Shown: positions 9,947 through 20,521, numbered from the stretch's first letter. The stretch is DNA of 64,000 nt from Bryobacterales bacterium (GCA_965226245.1 CBDDCL010000009.1:9624-73623); one strand, 5' to 3'. Translations and numbers: made by a program. Notes: generated by a model from the letters alone, not told the origin.

Positions 9947-10348
9947 CTACGAACGGGGCGGAACGAGGATCTCACACCGGGGACCACTGGCGCGACTCAG
10001 CTTTCTGTCAATCGTCACCAGGGGACAATCGAGCACCTCGGCCAGCGCCACGTACCAAGCGTGGTAACTGGTCAGGTTGTTCCGCAATGCCCATACGCGG
10101 TCGGCAAACGGCGCGAAGGGAAACAACTCCAGGTCAAGCCGCAGCAGATCCCCGTGTGCGCTGTTGGCCTCAAGCCGGGAGATTTTGCCGGCTTGTTCCA
10201 GCCGGCGCAGGATGTTGCTCGCTTCGGCCAACGCCAGTTCCGGACTGGCCAAAGATCCCTCAGCGACGGCGGACTCCGCCCATTTCCCTTCCCGCCCCGA
10301 GTCGACCAAGACTGCGACAAGCACGGACGCATCGGCGACTACCGTCAC
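9947..10348 (-). CDS. vapC: VapC/PIN toxin; antitoxin reduced to C-terminal ILSARDADRT*
   Basis: VVADASVLV, PEL..AE..NILRR, Y.A.YVALAE, LVT.D. Confidence 0.85.
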   Translation of the reverse strand: MTVVADASVLVAVLVDSGREGKWAESAVAEGSLASPELALAEASNILRRLEQAGKISRLEANSAHGDLLRLDLELFPFAPFADRVWALRNNLTSYHAWYVALAEVLDCPLVTIDRKLSRASGPRCEILVPPRS

Positions 10349-10377
10349 GTCCGGTCCGCATCACGGGCGCTTAAAAT

Positions 10378-10779
10378 GGGGATTACAAATACTACTTGAC
10401 ATGACTATTGAAGCTTATTCTTCGGAAACGAAAGGCCAAGTAGAACCCCAGGGTTCTTGTACAGGCCTTCCAAATAATCCACTGTACGATCTACTTCTTC
10501 ACGGCGCTCCTGAGGTATTCTGGGAAAATCTCGAGTGTCATGGGAAGATCGACGCAGCAATTCAAAGAAAGTACGGGCTATCTGAGGATCAGGCTGTCCT
10601 CTTTCAAGAACGATTATCGTGATTACAACAGTTAGGCAAATTTCTGCGAGAGTCTCTCGAGAAAGGTCGCACGGGAAGTCAGGAATCTTATCATCCATCA
10701 TGAGCACACCACTCATTGTATGCCTATTGGGGTACGGCGTAAGGGCGGGACAGGCTGTCAAGCAGTATTTGTAATCCCC
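10378..10779. mobile_element. 402-bp TIR-bounded miniature cassette with one passenger ORF
   Basis: 24-bp TIRs GGGGATTACAAATACTRCTTGACA (10378-10401, 10756-10779; 1 mismatch); no transposase. Confidence 0.75.
10405..10701 (-). CDS. Hypothetical protein (about 98 aa) inside the TIR cassette
   Basis: MMDDKIPDF... ORF fills most of the element and stops just inside the left TIR. Confidence 0.5.
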   Translation of the reverse strand: MMDDKIPDFPCDLSRETLAEICLTVVITIIVLERGQPDPQIARTFFELLRRSSHDTRDFPRIPQERREEVDRTVDYLEGLYKNPGVLLGLSFPKNKLQ

Positions 10780-10869
10780 TAAAAATAGTCGACGCGACGG
10801 ATGGTTTCAGCCATAGGGTCCTCTCTTTGCGCGAGGCCATTGTACTGCAACCCGGTCTCGGGCATCAAT

Positions 10870-11495
10870 CCAGGATTTCCATTTTGGCCCTGGCACGGTG
10901 AAAGTATACACCCGCGCTGCCCCGAATACCACGTCTTTTCGCGCTGAACCCTGCACATGACCTCCGCCGGTAGACGCCAGGGCTGGTCCATCCGCTCACA
11001 AACGTTAATTGAGCGGGCTGAACGGCGCTCCGGCCGACACTGCTCCTTGCGAAACCTTTTGGAGCCGAAAACTGTTGATCCTCGCCCGGTCAACGCTACC
11101 CGCTTTGGCAGCGGCAGCGCCCAGATCCTGTGCAGCATGTCGCCGAACAGCCTGCGGTTCAAATGCCCTTCGGCCGGCAGCAGCCAGTTAATACCGCGCG
11201 TGCTTGACCAGCCGACCGCCGGTCTTCATCAACCTGTGTTGCAAGCTCGTCAGCGACCAACTCTTGATCCTGTTCGGCAGTCCGAGCCGCCGCCACAAGT
11301 TGCCCAGGTTGTAGGCCGGCACGCTCAGTTGTAGCCGTACCTCGTTCGCCCGGAACCGATGGCACGACAGCCTTGTCCAATGCGTGGCCTGTTTGCCTTC
11401 CTTGATCCACTGCTCCGCCGTGCCGCGCTTGTTGTAGAAGCGTACCACCGAGCGGCTTGGCAAGCTCATGCTCGTCACGATGAATCCGACCCGCG
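10870..11495 (-). mobile_element. IS1380-family right-end remnant with transposase C-terminus
   Basis: IR CCAGGATTTCCATTTTGG; FYNKRGTAEQWIKEGK, similar to 59094-59720. Confidence 0.9.
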
Positions 11496-11627
11496 CGACG
11501 AGATGCGGGACTCGATGAATTGGTCGATCGGGAAGCGGCGTTTCTGGCTGAACTCGAGGATCGTCAGTTTCTGGTTGGCGAGGTCCCGCGAACGAGTGGA
11601 GACGCGGAGGTAGGCGACGGTTTTCAA
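11492..11627 (-). pseudogene. Serine recombinase N-terminal fragment
   Basis: MKTVAYLRVSTRSRDLANQK...; fused to IS1380 remnant. Confidence 0.7.
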
Positions 11628-11789
11628 GGCGGGCGTCTAAGAAAAGGTCAAATGGGGTCTATTTAGGGGTGTTAAAGACTATAGTATCCGGAACATTGTA
11701 TAGTCAACTAACGTCGATCAAGACGGACATTATTATAGACACCTGGCGATGATCTTCCCGTCTCGGAAGCGAATTGGCAAGCAAGCAGA

Positions 11790-11975
11790 TCAGACGGATG
11801 GGGCGAGCGGAGGCTGTCACCAAGGAAGGCCTGGCCGCAACCCTGCTCCCAGGACGTCAGCCCGATCAAATGGGACAACGTCATTCTCTACGGCCAGTAG
11901 GTCCTCGATCGTGCCCGGGTCCGCTAAGGAACTGGTCCTTATGTTGTATTTCAACACGAATGTGGGCGCTACCCT
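11790..11975 (+). mobile_element. Tn3-family right-end remnant
   Basis: SPIKWDNVILYGQ tnpA terminus followed by an IR ending GGGCGCTACCCT, like the 40126-40740 element. Confidence 0.7.
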
Positions 11976-12110
11976 TACGTGGTCAAGCACTAGCGCTCGT
12001 TCTGCTCAAGATCCGTGCCAAAGTCCGCCGAGTTCTGCGGCGGAAACCAAAATAGCCCACCACCCTCGCGTGGTAGGCGGTCATCTTCATGAGCTAGGCT
12101 GAATGCGCCC

Positions 12111-14966
12111 ATGACGCCATACGAGTTCATCACCAAATGGCGCGCCTCCGAGCTGAAAGAGCGCTCGGCGTCGCAGGAGCACTTCATCGACCTGTGCCGG
12201 CTGCTCGGCGAGCCGACGCCGGCCGAGGCCGACCCGACCGGCGAGGCGTACTGCTTCGAGCGCGGCGCCCGCAAGGACACCGGCGGCGACGGATGGGCCG
12301 ACGTCTGGAAGCGCCACCACTTCGCCTGGGAGTACAAGGGCAAGCTGGCCGACCTTGATGCCGCGTTCGGCCAGCTCCGCCTCTATGCGCTCGCGCTGGA
12401 GAACCCGCCGCTGCTAATCGTCTCCGACATGCTGCGGTTCCGCATTCGCACCAACTGGACGAACAGCGTCAGCAAGACCTACGAATTAGGACTGGACGAC
12501 CTGGCCGACGCCACGGCACGCGATAGACTCAAGTGGGCGTTCTCGGACCCCGAGCGGTTGCGGCCGGGCGAGACGCGGCAATCGCTCACCGAGCGCGCGG
12601 CGGCGTCCTTCGCGACGGTCGCGCAGGCGTTGCGAGAGCGCAGCCACGACCCGCACGCGGTCGCACACTTTGTCAACCGGCTCGTCTTCTGCATGTTCGC
12701 CGACGACGTGGGCCTGCTGCCCGGCCACATGTTCACGCGGATGCTGGAGCAGGCGCGGCGCACACCGGCGCACTTCGCGGACTTGGCCGGCGACCTCTTC
12801 GGCGTGATGGCTCGCGGCGGCCGGATCGGCTTCGAGACCGTCGAGTGGTTCAACGGCGGACTCTTCGACGACGGCGCGGCGCTGCCGCTGGAGCAGTCCG
12901 ACATCGACGCCGTGCTTGCGGCGTCGCGGTTGGACTGGTCGGAGATCGACCCCTCGATCCTCGGCACGCTGTTCGAGCGCGGGCTCGACCCCGGCAAGCG
13001 CGTGCAGCTCGGGGCGCACTACACGGACCGCGACAAGATCATGCTGATCGTCGAGCCGGTGGTGATCCGCCCGTGGCTCGCCCAGTGGGAGACCGAGAAG
13101 GCCGAGATCGCCGCCGAGTTGGACCGCGCGGACGCGGCCAAGTCACCGACCACGCGCACGAAGCGGCGGAACGACGCCGAGCGGCGGTACCGGACGTTCC
13201 TCAACCGGCTGAGAGCGTTCACTGTGCTCGACCCGGCGTGCGGCTCGGGCAACTTCCTGTATCTGGCCTTGCAGGCGCTCAAAGACCTGGAGCACCGGGT
13301 GCAGTTCGAGGCCGAGGCGCTCGGCTTCCAGCGGGCGTTCCCAGAGGTCGGGCCGGCCAACGTCAAGGGCATCGAGATCAACCCCTACGCGGCGGAGTTG
13401 GCCCGCGTGTCGGTGTGGATCGGCGAGATCCAGTGGATGCGTCGCAACGGCTTCTCGGAGGCCCGCGACCCGATCCTGAAACCGCTCGACACCATCGAGC
13501 GCCGCGACGCGATCCTGACTCCCGACGGCGCGGAACCGGACTGGCCGAAGGCGGACGTGGTGATCGGCAATCCGCCGTTTCTGGGCGACAAGCTGCTGAT
13601 CCGCCATCTCGGAAACGACTACGTGGCACGCCTGCGGAAGACCTACTCCGGTCGGTTGCCCGCACAAGCCGATCTCGTCTGCTACTGGTTCGAGAAGGCT
13701 GCCAAGCAGATCCCGGCCGGCAGGGCGACACGAGCGGGTCTCGTTGCGACGAACTCGATTCGAGGCGGCGCGAACCGGCGGGCTTTGGATGCGGCAACCG
13801 AAGCAGGGCGAATCTTCGAGGCGTGGAGCGACGAACCGTGGGTCATCGACGGAGCCGCCGTGAGGGTGTCGCTGGTCTGCTTCTCGAGGGCCGACGACAA
13901 CTCCGTGTCCAGCGCTCATCTCGACGGACAGTCGGTCGACGAGATCTACGCGGACCTGACGGCACGCAGCGAGGGAACAGTCGGAATCGACCTCACCGCC
14001 GTCCGGCGTCTACCGGCCAACTCCGGTGTCGCTTTCATCGGCGATGCGAAGCATGGCACATTCGACGTTTCCGGCGACCAAGCGCGCGAGTGGCTGCGTC
14101 TGCCGGCAAACCCGAACGGCCGCACGAACGCGGATGTCCTGAAGCCGTGGCGAAACGGCATGGACCTGACCCGTCGCACCGCCGGCAAGTGGATCGTCGA
14201 TTTCGGTTGGCAGATGTCTGAGGCTGACGCGGCCCTGTACGAGGAGCCGTTCCGATGGGTGCAGGAGCATGTCTACCCGTTGCGCCGCCACAACCACCGC
14301 GCGGCCTACCGCAAGCACTGGTGGCGACACGGCGAGCCGAGACAGGGCATGTGGCGGGCGCTGAAGGGGCGTCGGCGGTACATTGCAACGCCGCGGGTCG
14401 CCAAGCACCGGCTGTTCGTCTGGTGCGACTCGCGGATCTGTCCCGATTCCTCACAGACCATCTTCGCTCGCGACGACGACACGACGTTCGGCATCCTACA
14501 CAGCCGGTTCCACGAGGTCTGGTCGCTACGGCTCGGGACGAGCCTGGAAGACCGACCCCGCTACACGCCGAGCACCACGTTCGAGACGTTCCCGTTCCCG
14601 CCCGGCCTGACGCCGAACGTTCCCGCCAGCGAGTACGCCTCCGACCCGCGCGCCGTGGCTGTAGCCCTGGAAGCCCGACGGTTGGTCGAGCTGCGTGACC
14701 GCTGGCTGAACCCGCCCGAATGGGTCGAGTGGGTAGACGAGCCGGTTCCCGGCTACCCGATGCGGCCCGTGCCCCGCGACGAGGCCGCGGCGAAGGCGCT
14801 CAAGAAGCGGACGCTGACGAACCTCTACAATGCCCGGCCGCAGTGGCTCGCGGATGCGCACGAGGCTCTTGACGCGGCCGTGGCCGCCGCGTACGGTTGG
14901 TCGGAGGACATCTCCGACGACGAGGTTCTGCGGGAGTTGCTGGCTCTGAACGGCGGCGACTTGTGA
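12111..14966 (+). CDS. Type IIL/IIG (MmeI-like) fused restriction endonuclease-N6 methyltransferase
   Basis: AD..W.YK nuclease motif, FNGGLF, GAHYT, LDPACGSGNFL, GNPPF, C-terminal TRD and RTLTNLYN. Confidence 0.9.
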   Translation: MTPYEFITKWRASELKERSASQEHFIDLCRLLGEPTPAEADPTGEAYCFERGARKDTGGDGWADVWKRHHFAWEYKGKLADLDAAFGQLRLYALALENPPLLIVSDMLRFRIRTNWTNSVSKTYELGLDDLADATARDRLKWAFSDPERLRPGETRQSLTERAAASFATVAQALRERSHDPHAVAHFVNRLVFCMFADDVGLLPGHMFTRMLEQARRTPAHFADLAGDLFGVMARGGRIGFETVEWFNGGLFDDGAALPLEQSDIDAVLAASRLDWSEIDPSILGTLFERGLDPGKRVQLGAHYTDRDKIMLIVEPVVIRPWLAQWETEKAEIAAELDRADAAKSPTTRTKRRNDAERRYRTFLNRLRAFTVLDPACGSGNFLYLALQALKDLEHRVQFEAEALGFQRAFPEVGPANVKGIEINPYAAELARVSVWIGEIQWMRRNGFSEARDPILKPLDTIERRDAILTPDGAEPDWPKADVVIGNPPFLGDKLLIRHLGNDYVARLRKTYSGRLPAQADLVCYWFEKAAKQIPAGRATRAGLVATNSIRGGANRRALDAATEAGRIFEAWSDEPWVIDGAAVRVSLVCFSRADDNSVSSAHLDGQSVDEIYADLTARSEGTVGIDLTAVRRLPANSGVAFIGDAKHGTFDVSGDQAREWLRLPANPNGRTNADVLKPWRNGMDLTRRTAGKWIVDFGWQMSEADAALYEEPFRWVQEHVYPLRRHNHRAAYRKHWWRHGEPRQGMWRALKGRRRYIATPRVAKHRLFVWCDSRICPDSSQTIFARDDDTTFGILHSRFHEVWSLRLGTSLEDRPRYTPSTTFETFPFPPGLTPNVPASEYASDPRAVAVALEARRLVELRDRWLNPPEWVEWVDEPVPGYPMRPVPRDEAAAKALKKRTLTNLYNARPQWLADAHEALDAAVAAAYGWSEDISDDEVLRELLALNGGDL

Positions 14967-15217
14967 GCGAGCATGTGGCAACGACGAGTGCCGGCCGTGG
15001 TGCGTTGGGGCGTGACCGGTCGCGGGCGCCCCTGTGAACCCGCACTACGCCACATGATCGGCGTCATGCCTCCTGGATGGGGCATCCAATGGTGACAAAC
15101 CGAACTCTCGGGAAGAGATCATCGCTCTGATGAGCGCCCGGTCGCGCAAGCGGACGAGGGACGGGTCCTCTGATTGCGTTCTGTGCTTGCGCTTCACAAT
15201 GCGGGCCGTCTCGATCC

Positions 15218-16381
15218 TCATGCTATTGCCTTCCGCTTTCTCTCATCCCAAGTCTCGATGAAAAACGCAACAAGGGTGTGGGAGGCGTGGACGGCGAGAC
15301 GTGCGTGCCGCGCCTGAAGCCGATAGGCCCGACGGCCACGCCCGTGAGCGGAGCCCGTGTGCGTGCGGAGAGATCCGATGCCGTCCACGACGGAGTTCAG
15401 GCCGGAGAGGACCTTCTTTACGTCGTCATCCCCAATGGAGGAAGGGTCAAGCCCCAAGTGCTTGCTGGCCATCTTCCAGAGAGGCTTCAGGCTTTGGTCC
15501 GCGGGCATTTCAACGCTGTTGTCTTCGATGTAGACCTTGAAGAGCGATTCGAGGATCGAACACGCAGCGGTAATGGCGGCCGGCGGGTCTTTCTCGACGT
15601 TCGCCAGCGCCCGCTCGAACTCCATGTCAACGCCGGCAAGATCGCGGTCCTTGAGAACCTGGTTCAAGGATTTGGTGGGCAGCGCGGTGGCGGCTCCGAG
15701 AATGAGGCCGCCCTGATGATAGGAAAGGCCAAACTGCGCCAGGACATCGTGAATCCGCTTTCGTCCAGCCTCCTGTTCTTCCTGTCGAAAAGTTTGATCC
15801 ACCTCCATGAACTCTTCCAAGATCTTGCCCAGTACGGCCGCCGGATTCGGGGCCTCGATGTGCATCCGCTTCAACCATGCCTGGCACTTGGTGACGCAAT
15901 TCCCCTCGGGCACTTCGCCGACAGCGCCCGCCTCGTAGAACAAGATCTCCAAAGCGCGGTGGTTATAGATGAAGGATCCAAGCACATCGCCGATGACGGA
16001 GCATACAGGGACAGGAAGAGGTTTGGCGGGTGCCGGAGGCGTTGCTCTCTCCGCCGCGTCGAGCGAGTCGAGCGTGCCTTCAATATCGGGGAGCAGAGCG
16101 TCGATCTCCGCGCTGGCGGCGAATACCGAGTAGGGGTTGTCGACTTCGATATCGAGGGCGTTCAGCCGAAACGCAACGGCTTCCGGAAGAATGGGGCTGG
16201 CCAATCGCTGGAGCTGAACGAGCAGGTAGCGGTAACCAAGAGTGACCGCCGTTTGTTCATCGGGGTCGTCGGACGGGCCGCAAAAGCGGTAGTTCCGGAC
16301 GTATGCGATGGTGCTTCGGATTTTTTCTCGCTTTGCGGCGTCGATGCTGGGTGCTCTGCGAGCTTCTGCGTTGCTTGCCAT
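15218..16381 (-). CDS. Abortive infection family protein (Abi_C)
   Basis: DP.AAIT.A.S.LES..K and LRT..GSAHGRG motifs; N-terminus abuts an IS1380 end. Confidence 0.8.
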   Translation of the reverse strand: MASNAEARRAPSIDAAKREKIRSTIAYVRNYRFCGPSDDPDEQTAVTLGYRYLLVQLQRLASPILPEAVAFRLNALDIEVDNPYSVFAASAEIDALLPDIEGTLDSLDAAERATPPAPAKPLPVPVCSVIGDVLGSFIYNHRALEILFYEAGAVGEVPEGNCVTKCQAWLKRMHIEAPNPAAVLGKILEEFMEVDQTFRQEEQEAGRKRIHDVLAQFGLSYHQGGLILGAATALPTKSLNQVLKDRDLAGVDMEFERALANVEKDPPAAITAACSILESLFKVYIEDNSVEMPADQSLKPLWKMASKHLGLDPSSIGDDDVKKVLSGLNSVVDGIGSLRTHTGSAHGRGRRAYRLQARHARLAVHASHTLVAFFIETWDERKRKAIA

Positions 16382-16406
16382 TCGGGATGCCGGTAATAGA
16401 GTGGCA

Positions 16407-18206
16407 CCTGAATTATGCACCGATTCGGCGTAGCCATCGCCGATGGAGTTGTGGCGGTAGCGGCAGTCGTGTCAACTCAGTAATCTGGCAAGTCGTCTTT
16501 TCTGCGGTTTCCCTCCCTGTCTGAGCCGCCTGCCCATTCCGGCGGGGCAAAAGCGGGCCGGCAAGCGGCGTGTTCCCAGTACGTTGCGGCGAGTGCATGA
16601 AATTTTATGCACACAGTGCCCCTCAACTCAGCGCACCCTCCACCACCGGCGCGAAGCTCGATCCCGGTGGCCCCATCCCCCGCAGCCGCCGCATCAGCCG
16701 CTCCAACAGGCCCTTTTCCTGATACTGATCGCTGTAGCTGACACCCGTTCTGCCGGCGTGCCGCCAGATCTTGGCCGCCACGAACAGAAAGCGCAGCCGC
16801 GCCGTCGCCAGGGTGGTGTGCCGCAGCGTCTCCACGCTGGCTTGGGCTTCGCGGTTGAACAGCAGCAGCCAGCAGTTGAGGTTGTAGGCCAGCATGGCCA
16901 GCTGAAAGTGATTGCGGTTCATGTCAAAGCGGCGCGAGGGATGGGCCGCCAGCCCGGCGTCGTTGTTGGCCTCCTTGATGAGGTTCTCGGCTGCGGCGCG
17001 CTGATTGTAAAACCACGCCACCGCCGCGATCGGCTCGGCCAGGTTGGTGACAAACACGCGGTAGCTGTAAGCGCTGGTGGCGAACAACTGGTATTGCTCG
17101 GCCGCGCCGGCCGCGGGCTCGTTTTCGTAACGCAGCGCCAGGAAACGGCAGGCCCGCGCCCAGCCTTGCGGCTGGTAGAGGAATTCGCATTCCGCGTCCG
17201 CGTCGGAGCGGGGCGAGGGTTTCCATTCTGCTTGCTGCAAGCGCTCGACCAGGCGCCGCGTTTTGCGCGCCACGATGACGAACTGACAAGCCGCCTTTTC
17301 ATAGGCCTCCACCGCCTCCCAGCAATAAAAGCCGGAATCGGCCCGCGCCAAGATTTTCTTCACGCCGGCCGGCAAAGCCCGGAAAGCGCTCTCGAGGTGG
17401 GCGGCGATCTGTCGGCCCGTGGGCCGGTCGCCGCCGCGCAACCCGCCCATCAGGTATTCGCGCGTCTCGGCCAGGAAAGTCAGTATCGGCTGGTAGCTGC
17501 GCTTGCCCTTGTTCTTGGGGTTGTAACTCTTGCGCCCTCCCATCTGGTGGCCGTAGAGCGTGTGCACGGTGGTGTCGGTGTCCAGCGTCACCGTCTCCAA
17601 TTTCACGTGGGCCGCGGCCCAGACTCGTTCCCGCAGCTGGCGCTGAATGGAAAGGATCTGCTGCGCCACGTTGAGATGCAGCGAGGCCAGAAAGCGCCAC
17701 AGTGTGGATTGCGGCGGCAGCCGTGGCACTCTTAAGATGCCGGTCAGGATGGGATCGCGGGCGATGAAGCGCAGTTGGTGGAGCCGCGCAAAGCCGACAT
17801 AGAGGCCCAGCACGAGGGCCAGCACGAACTGGTAGAGGCTCATCACACGGGTGATCCGTTGGGTCGTGATGGTTTCTTCCAGCAGCGCTTGGAAGCCAAG
17901 TTTTTCGAGCAGGGTGGCGACGGGTAGCAAGCCGCCGTAGGGAGTCAGATTCTTGCCGCGGAAGTGATAGGGCGTGGAAGCCCCGATTTTATTGGGCCGC
18001 GGGGCCCTTACCCCCGGGCCTTGTTTGACGGGCCTTGGGGAGCTATGCTGTTTTCGATTGGTAACCATTTGGGTGACCTCCTTGGGGTGGGTTGGCGAAG
18101 CTGGAATCTTTGCCAGCCTACCTTTTTACCCCATGTTTTCGGGGGTCTCCCAATGGTCCCTCGCGGCTCAGCCCTCCTCAGCTGCACCCGCAGTGCATAA
18201 TTCAGG
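16407..18206 (-). mobile_element. IS1380-family insertion sequence (1800 bp)
   Basis: IRs CCTGAATTATGCAC; flanks TGGCA/TAGTA give no TSD. Confidence 0.92.
16623..18068 (-). CDS. IS1380-family DDE transposase
   Basis: TLDTDTT, RADSGFY, FYNQRAAAENLIKE. Confidence 0.93.
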   Translation of the reverse strand: MVTNRKQHSSPRPVKQGPGVRAPRPNKIGASTPYHFRGKNLTPYGGLLPVATLLEKLGFQALLEETITTQRITRVMSLYQFVLALVLGLYVGFARLHQLRFIARDPILTGILRVPRLPPQSTLWRFLASLHLNVAQQILSIQRQLRERVWAAAHVKLETVTLDTDTTVHTLYGHQMGGRKSYNPKNKGKRSYQPILTFLAETREYLMGGLRGGDRPTGRQIAAHLESAFRALPAGVKKILARADSGFYCWEAVEAYEKAACQFVIVARKTRRLVERLQQAEWKPSPRSDADAECEFLYQPQGWARACRFLALRYENEPAAGAAEQYQLFATSAYSYRVFVTNLAEPIAAVAWFYNQRAAAENLIKEANNDAGLAAHPSRRFDMNRNHFQLAMLAYNLNCWLLLFNREAQASVETLRHTTLATARLRFLFVAAKIWRHAGRTGVSYSDQYQEKGLLERLMRRLRGMGPPGSSFAPVVEGALS

Positions 18207-18340
18207 TAGTACAGCGCATAAATTCCAGGTCCATCGATCCCCGCGATGTCGTCTAGCGGCCTCTGTTCTTGTTCCTCGAAGTGCGCGACAGTGCCAGCCA
18301 TGAGATTCTCGTAGGTCAGCGGATCCCACAGGTCAGGCAT
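18207..18340 (-). pseudogene. Eco29kI-like GIY-YIG restriction endonuclease N-terminus, truncated by IS
   Basis: WDPL.YENL...GPGIYALYY; preceded by a possible MTase C-terminal remnant. Confidence 0.6.
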
Positions 18341-18419
18341 TACGCGTGCGCCTCAGTTCCACGATGGCCTCGTACAACGCCCGGCCGTTTGTCTTCCCGG
18401 CGCGGACGCTCCAGGAGGG

Positions 18420-18821
18420 GGACGCGGTTTATGAGGGAAAGGGCGGTTCGGCCCGTGCGGACGCGCCGAAAGGTTCCCCTTTCGGCTATACCAGCCGCCT
18501 AAGCCGCAACGGAGGGGCGGTGTCACCCGCAGGACCGTAGCGCAGCGTAGGAACCGCGCCAGCGGCTTAACTCGCCTCTCGGCGAAGGCTATCCGGGGTT
18601 TTGGGTTGGGTTTTGTTGTTGTCCCGTTTCTCCCGTTCCGCCGCGGTTTGCCGTAAGTCTTTTTTTTAGTGAGTTATCCACAGGATCGTCGCTCCTACTA
18701 CTTGTTCTTTAACTACTTGTTCTTTACTACTTGTAAGGGTGACCCGTAACAGCGAAGAATTTGGGGTCAAGGTGACCCGTAACAGCGAAAACCAGTGCCG
18801 CAGGGGTGACCCGTAACAGCG
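18420..18821 (-). other. Plasmid origin module 1 (iterons, AT-rich repeats, DnaA box, hairpins)
   Basis: GGTGACCCGTAACAGCG x3 (18738, 18771, 18805); TTATCCACA 18674-18682; directly downstream of repA. Confidence 0.8.
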
Positions 18822-18988
18822 TGGAAAACTGCCACAAAGCACTGGAACTTGTGGAAAAACTTCGCGGCGGTCACGCTTGCATCGAGCCGCAGGAGCGCTC
18901 TGCAGCGGCTCCGCCACGCGCCGGAGGAGGACATGGGCGGCGCTTGAAGGGCCGTCAGGGGTCGCTCCTTGCGGCGGAAACGGGGAGA

Positions 18989-19966
18989 CTAGCGACCTAG
19001 CTGGCCTTGATTGAGCGGTGCGATCATAGGGGTCGAGGGATGCAGAATCAGCGCCCCTTTGGCCGTCATGTAGTTTAACTCTGGCCAGGCCAGCTTGATC
19101 TTCTTCAACTCGCGCAGAACCTTGCGGCGAAAGGCTTGGACGGTGACCTTATCGTTGTCCCTGGTTGGCTCTACTCCGAACTGGCGGTACACCTGCCGCC
19201 AGGAGAGCCGCAGGGGGCTCTTTAGCGTGAAGGTGCGGTAGGCCACCCAGAGGTAGAGGTCGAGACCCAGGGAGGAGCGTTTGAGGGCCTTGAGCGTGTT
19301 CATATCGAGCGGCACAGGGTGGCGGATGATCTCGTTAAAGAACTTCTCGCTCAGTTCGATCTTGCTCTTCCACAACGTACGCTCGTCGGGGCGTTTGGGG
19401 TTCCACCAGAACTCGGTGCGGTCGGCGATCAACGCAGTGACGCTGGCATCCCCGCGCTCATCCTCGTAGGCCAGCGAGACCGTGCAACGGAAGAGCCGCC
19501 GCATCTGATTGCGGAGCCGGGTTTGCTCCCCTCGAGCGCCGCCGCTGGTGCTGTTGATTCCGAGTTTTCGCATGAACTCCGAGAGCGAGGCTCCCAGTAC
19601 GAGCTCGCGCTTTTGCGTCCGCACCGCTTCGGTGCACACCCAGGCCATCAAGAGGCGCGGCAAGTTGCCGAACGGTAGTTTACTAATCGAGGTGGCGGAC
19701 ATAACTAAGGTGTACGGGCCGTTGCGGCGGATGTACTGCGCCCGGTTGCCGGGGTTGCTGCGGGGCAGGCTGCACAGCGCCATCATCCGCGCCATGAAGC
19801 CGAGATCAGCGTCCGCTTCGCTGGCCCCAACCAACTGGTTCACCTGATCGGCCTGGGTGAAGTGGTGCACCGCCTGAGGCGAGGCTTCGCGGAGCTTTTT
19901 GACCGGACCGCCCAGATCGGCCAAGGCTTCACCGATCGGAACCAAGCCGTCCCGTTTGCGCGCCAT
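18989..19966 (-). CDS. repA: Plasmid replication initiator RepA (IncW-like RepA_C family)
   Basis: ALCSLPRSNP, RRNG, LPFG.LPRLLMAWVCTEAVRT, PVPLDM..L.ALKRS.LGLDLY.W. Confidence 0.9.
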   Translation of the reverse strand: MARKRDGLVPIGEALADLGGPVKKLREASPQAVHHFTQADQVNQLVGASEADADLGFMARMMALCSLPRSNPGNRAQYIRRNGPYTLVMSATSISKLPFGNLPRLLMAWVCTEAVRTQKRELVLGASLSEFMRKLGINSTSGGARGEQTRLRNQMRRLFRCTVSLAYEDERGDASVTALIADRTEFWWNPKRPDERTLWKSKIELSEKFFNEIIRHPVPLDMNTLKALKRSSLGLDLYLWVAYRTFTLKSPLRLSWRQVYRQFGVEPTRDNDKVTVQAFRRKVLRELKKIKLAWPELNYMTAKGALILHPSTPMIAPLNQGQLGR

Positions 19967-20101
19967 GCCCTATTCTCACATGTTCCCGTGACAGAAGGGG
20001 CACGCGTTCAGCGCCGCGGAGAGTAAAAAGGGGGCATCTGCAAATGGGATCGAGATCGCCATGGGGAGTCGCGGTTGTCGAGTCCCGCCGGAAGGGCGGG
20101 G

Positions 20102-20521
20102 ATGGGGACCGGCGAAGAGCCTCTACGGCGGAGGTTCTGCCGGGGGGCCGGCTGTGGCGTGGTGTTCTGGATCTGCCGTCATTGTGACCGGGGGCACCAA
20201 TACTGCGGCGAGCGCTGCCGGCGGAAAGCGCGGCGGCGCCAACGGCGGGACGCCAACCGGCGGCACCAGCAAAGCCGGGAGGGACGGCTCGATCACCGCG
20301 ACCGGCAACGGGCCTACCGGGAACGCCGCGGCCTGCGGCGCGTGACGGATCATACTTCCCCCGCAGCCTACGATGCGGGCAGTATCGGGGTAGCGGAGCT
20401 TTCCCGGTCCGAAAACGGACCGGAAAGCTTCCGCGGGGGGGCTCGATATGCCGACTGCCCAGAATTCGAACCCGTCTGTATCATCTGCGGCCGCACCCGC
20501 AAGGAAATCCTCACTTCGTGA
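20102..20521 (+). CDS. Cys-rich hypothetical protein of the type seen upstream of IS21-like istA; probable IS remnant
   Basis: IC.HCDRG.QYCGE.C, R.HQQS.EGR..H.DRQR.YR; TGT-starting end-like sequence at 19981; no istA/istB. Confidence 0.5.
   Translation: MGTGEEPLRRRFCRGAGCGVVFWICRHCDRGHQYCGERCRRKARRRQRRDANRRHQQSREGRLDHRDRQRAYRERRGLRRVTDHTSPAAYDAGSIGVAELSRSENGPESFRGGARYADCPEFEPVCIICGRTRKEILTS

Noticed and set aside
12533-14221. 562-aa alternative-frame ORF and other long overlapping ORFs (15278-16396, 16584-17735, 44860-46146, 59300-60439)
   Set aside because: Shadow frames of well-supported genes in GC-rich DNA, with no recognisable motifs
18738-18821. Regularly spaced 17-bp repeats as a mini-CRISPR array
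   Set aside because: Only three short repeats with 16-17 bp spacers, no cas genes, adjacent to repA and a DnaA box; iterons fit better
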